Position numbers and translations under genes: made by a program. Under the pieces are notes generated by a model. That model searched no databases and was not told the origin of the DNA. It was given only the letters and a program-made list of their open reading frames with translations. 64,000 nucleotides of DNA from an uncultured Armatimonadia bacterium (GTDB lineage Bacteria > Armatimonadota > Zipacnadia > CAZGSV01): NCBI GenBank assembly GCA_964528605.1, contig CAZGSV010000009.1:156-64155 (forward strand), in the 5' to 3' direction. Of the stretch, positions 45,840-53,443 are shown piece after piece; position 1 is the stretch's first letter, and each line of letters starts with the position of its first letter.

Positions 45840-45903
45840 GTGCCACCAAGCGTCGCCGACACGCCCGCCGGAAAATGGTTGCTGTCCCCTTTTTCCAACA
45901 ACA

Positions 45904-46437
45904 TCAACTCGCCTCGCCGACATTGCGCTTGTGCAGGAAGTAGACCCAGTCAACCTCGACCCCCAACGCTGCAATCCGCCGCGCCGCCTCGAGGAGGCTG
46001 TCGTAAGCACCGACCCTGCCCGCAAACCAATCGTGCGTCTTCTCCAAGCCGTAAAGGCTCAGTTGGAAGCGCTCGAGGCCCTGATCCCGTAGGGCTCGCA
46101 CCATCTCAGGATAAGCAGGATCGGCCCCCACCCTCTGCCCGTTCGTCGCCATCGTGCGCACGTTCACCGCCTGCCGATTCAAAGCCGACAACAGTCCGTG
46201 AATCTCCACAACGTCCGGATGATCCATCGGCTCATACGAGAGCGAGGGGTGGATGTGTTTGTAGAACGCGGGCGCCTTCTCGTTCTCCGCGCGAACCGCG
46301 CTCACCGCGCCTTCAATCTGCTCCAGGGAAAGAAGCACCGGTTCCGACAGGTCGGCGGCCGGCGCGCAGTGCTTGCAGCGACTTTTGCAGCCTGCCCCTA
46401 CTATGCTAAGCCCTACGTGCTCAAATAGCGGTTCCAC
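45904..46437 (-). CDS. Small 4Fe-4S radical-SAM-like protein (CX3CX2C), 177 aa
   Basis: N-terminal GAGCKSRCKHCAP is a CX3CX2C cluster motif. It is short for a radical-SAM enzyme, closer in size to NrdG/QueE-like activases. GTG start. Confidence 0.4.
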   Translation of the reverse strand: MEPLFEHVGLSIVGAGCKSRCKHCAPAADLSEPVLLSLEQIEGAVSAVRAENEKAPAFYKHIHPSLSYEPMDHPDVVEIHGLLSALNRQAVNVRTMATNGQRVGADPAYPEMVRALRDQGLERFQLSLYGLEKTHDWFAGRVGAYDSLLEAARRIAALGVEVDWVYFLHKRNVGEAS

Positions 46438-46586
46438 GGCTTCTCCCCTCGCAGACGGCCTTAGAGGCCATTATAAGCGAACGGTCGCTGCGGGCGTCGG
46501 CCGTTCTCGAAAACATCACAGAAAACAGGTCGAAGAGGCGGGTGCCGACTGCCGCCTTCAGCCGGCTTCCGGCAGACGCTTGCCGC

Positions 46587-47459
46587 CTACTCGAACAGCC
46601 CGGCCACGAAGGCCTCGGGTTCAAACTCCTCCAAATCCTCCACACGCTCCCCGGTGCCGATGAACTTGATGGGCAAGCCCAAGTCGCGCGCCACCGTAAG
46701 CACCGCCCCCCCTTTCGCCGTGCTGTCCATCTTCGCCAGGATGATGCCCGTCAGTCCAATCGCCTTGTTGAACTCCTGCGCCTGCCGCACCGCGTTCTGC
46801 CCCGTGGTGGCGTCGAGCACCAGCAGCGTCTCGTCCGCCGCGCGTCCCAACTCGCGCTGCACCACCCGCGCAATCTTGTTCAACTCGTTCATCAGGTTCT
46901 TCTTCGTGTGCAGCCGGCCGGCCGTGTCCGCCAGCACCGGCGACCGCCCTCGAGCCTTGGCCGCTTGCATCGCGTCAAAGACCACCGACGCCGGGTCGGC
47001 CCCCCGCTGGTGCGCGATTACCTCCACGCCAAGTCGCTTGCCCCATTCCTTGACCTGGTCAATGGCCGCGGCCCTGAAGGTGTCAGCCGCGGCCAGCAGG
47101 GGAACCTGCCCCTGGTTCATAGCCCCGCGCGCCACCTTGGCCATGGTAGTGGTCTTGCCGGTGCCGTTGACGCCCACGAACAGGTAAACCGTCGGCGGCG
47201 TCGGCCCTTGCGCTAGAACGCGAGGCGCGCTGCTAAAAAGCCCCTCGATCTCCTCCCGCAACCGCGCTTCCAGCGCCTCCGTCTCGGAGATGCGCTCCCG
47301 CTTCGCAGTGGCCCGCAGTCTGTCCACCAGTTCGCCCACCAGCGCCCCGCCCACGTCCGCCTCGATCAGCGCCTCCTCCAACTCAAGGAAGAGCGCCTCG
47401 TCCACGCGCCCGCCCCGCCGCAGCAGCCCGACGACCTTCCCAAACAGCCCCCGCAACAA
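46587..47459 (-). CDS. ftsY: Signal recognition particle receptor FtsY
   Basis: SRP54-type GTPase motifs GVNGTGKTTT, DTFRAAA, ADTAGR, TKKNLM, KMDSTAKGG. The apparent start is TTG. Confidence 0.85.
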   Translation of the reverse strand: MLRGLFGKVVGLLRRGGRVDEALFLELEEALIEADVGGALVGELVDRLRATAKRERISETEALEARLREEIEGLFSSAPRVLAQGPTPPTVYLFVGVNGTGKTTTMAKVARGAMNQGQVPLLAAADTFRAAAIDQVKEWGKRLGVEVIAHQRGADPASVVFDAMQAAKARGRSPVLADTAGRLHTKKNLMNELNKIARVVQRELGRAADETLLVLDATTGQNAVRQAQEFNKAIGLTGIILAKMDSTAKGGAVLTVARDLGLPIKFIGTGERVEDLEEFEPEAFVAGLFE

Positions 47460-48962
47460 CTACGGCACCCCGCGCTCCACCACCGCCCCGGTCAGCGTCG
47501 CGGGCGCGCCGCCGTCGTTCCGCAGCACTAGCCGGTGCCACCCGGCCTCAAGCGCTCCCAGGCTGGTGATGGCCGACTCAGGCGTCAGCGAAAGGGTTGC
47601 CGCTGGCCCGCCGTCGCACGTGGCCACGACCTGCCCCTCGCCCGTCACCCGCAGATTCCAGGACCCCGGCCCCACCACGACCCAGTACAGCCGCCCCTCG
47701 CCGCCCCCAAGCGTCAGCGGCCCGCCACCCGCAACCTGGGCGCGGGAGATGCTGGTCGGCCCGCCAAAAGGCAACGCCAGGTGCAGCGGCCGGCGATCTT
47801 GCGATAGACACGCCTGCTCATACGCGCTGAGAAGCGCCGCTCCGCTACCGGCCGCTCCAAGAACGCCGCCCAGCGCGGCCACCTCCCCCGTCGCGGCCAC
47901 ATAGCCGACGAAGCCTCGGATAAACGCCTCGTTCTCGAGGGCCGCCTTTGAGGGAGGCGGGAAGTCGCGCAGGAACGAGGCGAGCGACGCCCAGGCCGCC
48001 TCCCCCGGCTCCTCCGCGGCGTTCACAGCATCCCAAACGGCCACCATCTCATCATCCACCAACTCGGCTACCTTGCCGCCCCCCCCTTGCGCCGCCCGCG
48101 ACCTCACCAGCAACATGCGCAGCGTGCGCGCCGTCCACTCCGCCGTCGTTCCACCCTGGAGCGCGCCATAAAGCCTGATGTCTCCCGCGGCCGCATCCGC
48201 GCCCGGCTCCGGGTATATCCAAACGGACAACGGCCGCCGGCCCTCCACCGGCTCCTCCAGGTACAAGCGCCGGTAAGTCTTCACTCTCGCCACCGCGTTC
48301 GCCACGCCGCCCACGACCGCCTCTACCGGCCACTCGCTGTTCCAGAGAAACTCGGACCCGTAGTAGATGGCCGCGACCGTCGCCAACCGCCCGCGCGCCC
48401 CTTGTTCCACCAGCACGTAGGAGATGCGGTTGAACGCGCCCTGGCCGTCGGGCCCGGCGCACGGCACCGTCGGAGTGTAGATCGCCGAGATCGAGTAGAC
48501 CGCGAGCGCGGACGCCTGCGGGCCCAGCCCGAGCCTGGCGTCCCGCAACGGAATCTCGATGCGCCGGAAATCCACCGGCAAGTAAGCCAGCGAATCCGCC
48601 TCCAGGTAAGAGGGGAACGGCGGCGTGTAAAGCAGCCGGCTCAGGGAAGAGATGACATAGGCCGACCGGTCCCCATACTGCGCCGCCCGGGCAAAGGCGC
48701 CAATGGCCTGCTCCTTGTCGCCACTCAAGGCCAGCAGGAAACCCACCCAGCGGTGCGCCTCGGCAAAGTCGGTAGAGGCGAGCACGGCAGCCTGCGCCCG
48801 CGACAGCGCCTCGCCCACCCGGTTGGTCTGGTACAGGCTCTGCGCCTCCTTCAGCAGGCCCTCGGCGCGAGTGCGCCCCTCGTCCACCTCACACCAGGCC
48901 CGACTCGCCCACAGCAGAAGAGCAAGAAGGATCAAGGCGCCGAACCGGCGGCTCAATGGCAT
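47460..48962 (-). CDS. Secreted hypothetical protein with an N-terminal TPR-like region
   Basis: ATG 48962 gives signal peptide MPLSRRFGALILLALLLWASRAWC. No catalytic motif. Confidence 0.4.
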   Translation of the reverse strand: MPLSRRFGALILLALLLWASRAWCEVDEGRTRAEGLLKEAQSLYQTNRVGEALSRAQAAVLASTDFAEAHRWVGFLLALSGDKEQAIGAFARAAQYGDRSAYVISSLSRLLYTPPFPSYLEADSLAYLPVDFRRIEIPLRDARLGLGPQASALAVYSISAIYTPTVPCAGPDGQGAFNRISYVLVEQGARGRLATVAAIYYGSEFLWNSEWPVEAVVGGVANAVARVKTYRRLYLEEPVEGRRPLSVWIYPEPGADAAAGDIRLYGALQGGTTAEWTARTLRMLLVRSRAAQGGGGKVAELVDDEMVAVWDAVNAAEEPGEAAWASLASFLRDFPPPSKAALENEAFIRGFVGYVAATGEVAALGGVLGAAGSGAALLSAYEQACLSQDRRPLHLALPFGGPTSISRAQVAGGGPLTLGGGEGRLYWVVVGPGSWNLRVTGEGQVVATCDGGPAATLSLTPESAITSLGALEAGWHRLVLRNDGGAPATLTGAVVERGVP

Positions 48963-49876
48963 ACGACCCTTTCTACGCACTCGGCGAACAGCCCCAGACC
49001 GGAGGGCGCGAGCAGCCCGCGCACCGCGTACAGGCGGTTGGCCCCGCGGCAATGCCACATGTGCCAGCGCAGCACCCTCGCGGTTTCACGCTTGAGGAGC
49101 GCGGCCGCCACCGCCCGTGCGCGCGTGCGGATTGCCATGTCGCGACCCTCGACGCACACGCCCGGGTCCTCTCCCCGGGCCTGTTCGCTTATCTCCGCGC
49201 GGTGATTCTTCAACTCGCGGCGGAACTCCCTCTGCACCCAAGTGCTCAGGTCCTCGCCTCCAAGACGCTGGTCGGCCGCTCCCCACTGCGCGAACTGTAG
49301 CGTCTCCTCGCCGCGCGCAAAGTTCAACTCCAGCCGGCCGATGTACATGTGGCTCTCGGCCAGAGTGAACTCAGGCGGGCTGTCGAACCTGAACTCATAC
49401 ACCGACCACGGCACCCAAGCGTCGTCCGGGTGGTCCCGCAGCGTGGCCAGTACGCGCTCGGGAAGCGTGGAGCGCACTTCCTCCAGCGGCATATAGACCT
49501 GCGCCACGGTGACCCTCTTGCACTTCTTGCACCGCTGAATCTGAACCCGCGAAGCGACATCCGCCCGCCACTCGAACGTCACCAGGTCGGGGTTCCCCTG
49601 GCCGCTCTGCCCCTCCTCCGGCTCCACCACCATCAGTTGCGCCCGCGCCTTCTTGCTGCCGCGCCGCACCTGCTCGAGCAGGCGCCTCTTGACCTTCTCG
49701 AGATCCGGCGCCCCTTTCGGCAACTCCCACTTGACCTCCACCCGCGGCATGTCCTCATCGTCTACGCGCACGTATCCCGAACCCGGCTCATCCGAGACCG
49801 CCGCCAGGTTCCAGTCGCGCGGAACGCGGATGGCGATGCCGTTCCAAGCGATTTCCCGAGCCAGCCCTGCTGCCAC
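48953..49876 (-). CDS. Hypothetical protein downstream of rodA
   Basis: The C-terminal roughly 300 codons of the 689-aa ORF-track entry lie beyond rodA's stop; only this part is non-overlapping. Start is uncertain (GTG at about 49876-49888, or ATG 49750). Confidence 0.3.
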   Translation of the reverse strand: MAAGLAREIAWNGIAIRVPRDWNLAAVSDEPGSGYVRVDDEDMPRVEVKWELPKGAPDLEKVKRRLLEQVRRGSKKARAQLMVVEPEEGQSGQGNPDLVTFEWRADVASRVQIQRCKKCKRVTVAQVYMPLEEVRSTLPERVLATLRDHPDDAWVPWSVYEFRFDSPPEFTLAESHMYIGRLELNFARGEETLQFAQWGAADQRLGGEDLSTWVQREFRRELKNHRAEISEQARGEDPGVCVEGRDMAIRTRARAVAAALLKRETARVLRWHMWHCRGANRLYAVRGLLAPSGLGLFAECVERVVCH

Positions 49877-49881
49877 GGTAT

Positions 49882-50985
49882 TCAGAACCGAATCGTGCGG
49901 CTGCGCATCTGCACGCCCGAGAGAACGCCCACCGCCGCCATGCTCACCAGCAGGTTGCTCCCGCCGTAACTCAGGAAGGGCAGCGGCAGCCCCGTCACCG
50001 GCAACAGCCCCGCGGTCATTCCCACGTTGACGATAACGTGGAAAGCGAAGAGAGAGGTGACGCCGACCGCAAGCAAACCTCCAAACCACTCCGGCGCGCC
50101 GGCCGCAATCTGCATTCCCTTCAATACCAGTGCCAGGTAAAGGCCCAGAACGATGATCGCGCCCACGAAGCCCAGTTCCTCGCCCACGGCCGTGAAGATG
50201 AAGTCGGTGTGCTGCGCGGGAATGAAGTTGAGCCGCGTCTGCGGGCCCTTGCCGTAACCCCTCCCCCACACGCCCCCGGACCCCAGCGCGATCTTCGACT
50301 GCTCCAACTGGTAAGCCGAGCCGGTGCGATGCCCCCCACCAAGCAAGGTCAGAACGCGCTCCTTCTGGTAGTCGCGAACCAGCCCGCTGTACCAACCCAT
50401 GGCGAACACCAGTATCGCAGCCGCGCCGAACGCCAGCAGATGACGCCCCCGTGCGCCCCAAACGACCGCCAGCGCCACCCAGATGGCCCCGAAGGTCAGC
50501 GCGCTGCCCATATCGGGCTGAATTAGCACCAGTATCGCCGGCGGCACCACATACCCCAGAGACCGAAGGAGCACCCGCACGTCCCCGCGCTGGTCCCGGT
50601 GCCTGGCCAGGTAGGCCGCCAGCGACACCAGCACCAGCAACTTGGCAAACTCTCCCGGGTTCAGCTGAAAGGTGCCCAGGGCAAACCAGCGCTGCGCCCC
50701 CCGCCCCGTGCCGATGAGCAGCACCAGAACCAGTAGCATCAGGGCCACCAGGTAAGTCACCCGCTCGAACCGCCGCAGCGCCGTGTAGTCGAAGCATAGG
50801 GCCAGGAAGAGCACTCCCAACCCCAAAATGACCCATACCAACTGGCGCACCAGATACCCGCCCGCGGCCCCGCTCTCCGGGCTGGCCGTGGTCGAGCGGA
50901 CCATCAGGATGCCCATGCCGGACAGCCCCAGGGCTATCAGCAGCAGCCGCCAGTCGAAGTGCCGCAGTGAACGCAGGTCCAGCAT
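49882..50985 (-). CDS. rodA: SEDS-family peptidoglycan glycosyltransferase RodA/FtsW
   Basis: 10-TM SEDS pattern with PDMG, TDFIF and LPLPFLSYGGS motifs. ATG at 50985. Confidence 0.85.
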   Translation of the reverse strand: MLDLRSLRHFDWRLLLIALGLSGMGILMVRSTTASPESGAAGGYLVRQLVWVILGLGVLFLALCFDYTALRRFERVTYLVALMLLVLVLLIGTGRGAQRWFALGTFQLNPGEFAKLLVLVSLAAYLARHRDQRGDVRVLLRSLGYVVPPAILVLIQPDMGSALTFGAIWVALAVVWGARGRHLLAFGAAAILVFAMGWYSGLVRDYQKERVLTLLGGGHRTGSAYQLEQSKIALGSGGVWGRGYGKGPQTRLNFIPAQHTDFIFTAVGEELGFVGAIIVLGLYLALVLKGMQIAAGAPEWFGGLLAVGVTSLFAFHVIVNVGMTAGLLPVTGLPLPFLSYGGSNLLVSMAAVGVLSGVQMRSRTIRF

Positions 50986-51130
50986 CAGCAATAGTATAGG
51001 CCGCCGCTTCCGCCCCGGTCAAAGCCGGCCCCTGTTACATCGGCCGCCCGGACCTCCCTGCCCGGCTGGAACGGGCCCTGCGCCCTGGCCTGCGCGCTTG
51101 CTTCCCAGGCCTCTGGCGTTCCCGGGAACT

Positions 51131-51166
51131 GCTTTGCGGCCCACAGCAGGCTGTGCTAGAATCACA
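51131..51166 (+). promoter_or_regulatory. Candidate sigma70 promoter for hup
   Basis: TTTGCG, 18-nt spacer, extended -10 TGcTAGAAT, about 50 nt upstream of the GTG start, which follows AAGGAGA. Confidence 0.4.
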
Positions 51167-51218
51167 CCGACCCCCAGTGGGGGAGGGACTTGTCTAGCGT
51201 CAAGGAGATGAGCGCCAA

Positions 51219-51491
51219 GTGACCAAGCCGCAACTAGTTGAAGCCGTGGCAGAGAAGCACGAGCAGAGCCGCAGACTGGTGGAGGAAATCATCAACGCCG
51301 CGCTCGACGAAATCACCGCGTGCCTCAAGCACGGCGACGAGGTGCAGATCACGGGGTTCGGCACCTTCAAGGTGCGCATGCGCAAGGCGCGTGTCGGCCG
51401 CAACCCGCAGACCAAGGCGGAGATCACCATCCCCGCGCGCCGCAGCCCCGCCTTCACCCCCGGCAAGAAACTACGGGACGCGGTTGCCTAA
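51219..51491 (+). CDS. hup: HU/IHF-family DNA-binding protein
   Basis: MTKPQLVEAVA...ITGFGTFKVR.R.AR.GRNP.T...I.IPA...P.F.PGK.L: canonical HU arm. Confidence 0.85.
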   Translation: MTKPQLVEAVAEKHEQSRRLVEEIINAALDEITACLKHGDEVQITGFGTFKVRMRKARVGRNPQTKAEITIPARRSPAFTPGKKLRDAVA

Positions 51492-51557
51492 CGGCTAGAG
51501 CGGCTGCACAGCACAAGTGAGCCCAACCCCACGGGTTGGGGATAATCGAGTGGTCGT

Positions 51558-51632
51558 CGGGGCGTGGCGCAGTTTGGCTAGCGCGCTTGAATGGGGTTCA
51601 AGAGGTCGGCGGTTCGAGTCCGCCCGCCCCGA
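51558..51632 (+). tRNA. tRNA-Pro(GGG)
   Basis: CGGGGCG-TG-GCGC-AGTTTGGCTA-GCGC-G-CTTGA-ATGGGGT-TCAAG-AGGTC-GGCGG-TTCGAGT-CCGCC-CGCCCCG-A. CCA is not encoded. Confidence 0.85.
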
Positions 51633-51636
51633 TAGT

Positions 51637-51675
51637 AAGGCCCCTTCCGGCCGCCCGGAAGGGGCCCTTTCCTTA
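51637..51675 (+). terminator. Rho-independent terminator after tRNA-Pro
   Basis: AAGGCCCCTTCCGG-CCGC-CCGGAAGGGGCCCTT followed by TCCTT. Confidence 0.55.
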
Positions 51676-51790
51676 CCGTGACGCCGCTCGGCGGGGAACG
51701 GGGCGACCACAGCCGACGTTGCAGTAGTCGCTAGAGCCGAATGCCGGCCCGCCGACCACAACCGGCCGCCGGCTGGCCAACGCCACGCAT

Positions 51791-52918
51791 ATGCTCCCAA
51801 GCGCCACAGAGATAGTCACCACCAGCCCATTCTCGGGTCAGGAATCCGTGCCTGAGGCCTACTCCCAGGCTTCGCCGGAAAAGCACATCAGGGCTATTGC
51901 GGAGGCCAAGGCCACGCTCGGCGATCGCCTGGTGATTCTCGGCCACCATTACCAGCGCGACGAGGTCATCCAGTTCGCCGACTACACCGGCGACTCGCTC
52001 AAACTCTCCCGCCTGGCCGCCGAGAACCGCCGCGCCGAGTTCGTGGTGTTCTGCGGCGTGCACTTCATGGCCGAGGTCGCCGACATGCTCACCGCGCCCG
52101 ACCAGAAAGTCATCCTGCCGCACGAGGGCGCGGGCTGTCCCTTGGCCGAGATGGCCACCATGCCCGAGGTGCGGCACTGCTACCATAACCTCAAGCGCCT
52201 GCTGCCCGAGCCCCCCCTACCGGTAACCTACATCAACTCCGACGCGGAACTGAAGGCTTTCTGCGGCCGCCACGGCGGCGCCATCTGCACCTCTGCCAAC
52301 GCCGTGCAAGTCATCTCCTGGGGCCTCCAGCGCGCCGCGCGCGTGCTCTTCTTCCCCGACCAGCACTTGGGCCGCTACAGCGGCGCCAAACTGGGCCTGA
52401 GCGAAGCGCAGATGCCCGTTTGGGATTCCAAGACCGACCCGGGCCCGGACGCCGCGGAGCGTTTCTCGGCCGCACCCCTCATTCTCTGGCGCGGCTTCTG
52501 CCAAGTACACACCCGCTTCACACCCGAGCAAGTGGCCGCGGTGCGCGCGCGCTACCCCGCCATCAAAGTCATCGTTCATCCCGAGTGCCCGAGAGCGGTC
52601 GTGGAAGCCGCCGACCAGAGCGGCTCGACAGAGGGCATCCTGCGCGCCGTGTCCCAGTCGCCGCCGGGCAGCGCGTGGGCCGTCGGCACGGAGCAGAACC
52701 TGGTCGCGCGGCTCGCGGCGCAACATCCTGACAAGACCGTGGTGCCGCTGATGCAGGGCGGCTCCGTCTGCCCGACGATGGCGCTGATTGACCTGGCTCA
52801 CCTGCATTGGGTGCTCGACAACCTGCTCGCCGGCCGCCTGGTCAATCAAGTCCGCGTTCCTCCCGAACGCGCCGAGCAAGCCAGGGTAGCCCTCAACCGG
52901 ATGCTCGAACTCGCCTAG
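51791..52918 (+). CDS. nadA: Quinolinate synthase A
   Basis: ILGHHYQRDEVIQFADYTGDSL, FCGVHFMAE, CPLAEMA, HPECP, CPTMAL are NadA hallmarks. Confidence 0.85.
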   Translation: MLPSATEIVTTSPFSGQESVPEAYSQASPEKHIRAIAEAKATLGDRLVILGHHYQRDEVIQFADYTGDSLKLSRLAAENRRAEFVVFCGVHFMAEVADMLTAPDQKVILPHEGAGCPLAEMATMPEVRHCYHNLKRLLPEPPLPVTYINSDAELKAFCGRHGGAICTSANAVQVISWGLQRAARVLFFPDQHLGRYSGAKLGLSEAQMPVWDSKTDPGPDAAERFSAAPLILWRGFCQVHTRFTPEQVAAVRARYPAIKVIVHPECPRAVVEAADQSGSTEGILRAVSQSPPGSAWAVGTEQNLVARLAAQHPDKTVVPLMQGGSVCPTMALIDLAHLHWVLDNLLAGRLVNQVRVPPERAEQARVALNRMLELA

Positions 52919-52988
52919 GCCCGCCGGCCGCCAGCACTCGCCCGCGCCGTGTTGACTTGCACTTGGGCCGCAGCCACAATGCCTGCCC

Positions 52989-53333
52989 ATGGACATCTTC
53001 GACGTGGACTGCATAAAAGGCAAGAAGATGCAGGAGCCCGGCCTGCGGCGCGTGCTCAAGGAGATTTTCGCCGGCAAGCACATGACCGCGCATCTGGGCA
53101 TCATCTTCCCCGGCCAGGCCTCCTCGCGCCACGCCCACGACAAGTCGGAGGAGTTCGTCTACGTCGTGCAGGGAACCGGAGAGGTGACCGTGGGCCAGGA
53201 AACGGCTCCGCTCAAGCCTAACGTAATGGTCTGCGGCCCGCCGGCGATACCGCACCAGTACCGCAACACGGGGCAAGAGGACCTAGTCCTTTTCGTGGTT
53301 TACAGCCCGCCCACGCAACTGCCCTCGCGCTAG
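52989..53333 (+). CDS. Cupin-domain protein
   Basis: GQASSRHAHDKSEEFVYVVQGTGEVTVG...PPAIPHQYRNTG: two-motif cupin. Confidence 0.55.
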   Translation: MDIFDVDCIKGKKMQEPGLRRVLKEIFAGKHMTAHLGIIFPGQASSRHAHDKSEEFVYVVQGTGEVTVGQETAPLKPNVMVCGPPAIPHQYRNTGQEDLVLFVVYSPPTQLPSR

Positions 53334-53443
53334 CCGGCACCGGAAACGATTCTGGGCAGGCAACCGTTGTGCTATATCAGAGATAGGCGCGGCCGTGCGG
53401 TCACGCGCGCTCGCTTGTGCCGAGCAGCCCGACGAACACGATC

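Noticed and set aside
45381-46025. 214-aa minus-strand ORF that could extend or replace the short radical-SAM-like gene
   Set aside because: Arg/Gly-rich low-complexity sequence without Fe-S or other motifs, in a different frame from the CX3CX2C ORF.
48953-51022. 689-aa minus-strand ORF
   Set aside because: Its first roughly 380 codons overlap rodA in another frame and are Gly/Arg/Ala-rich low-complexity typical of out-of-frame high-GC translation. Only the part downstream of rodA's stop is kept as a separate hypothetical gene.
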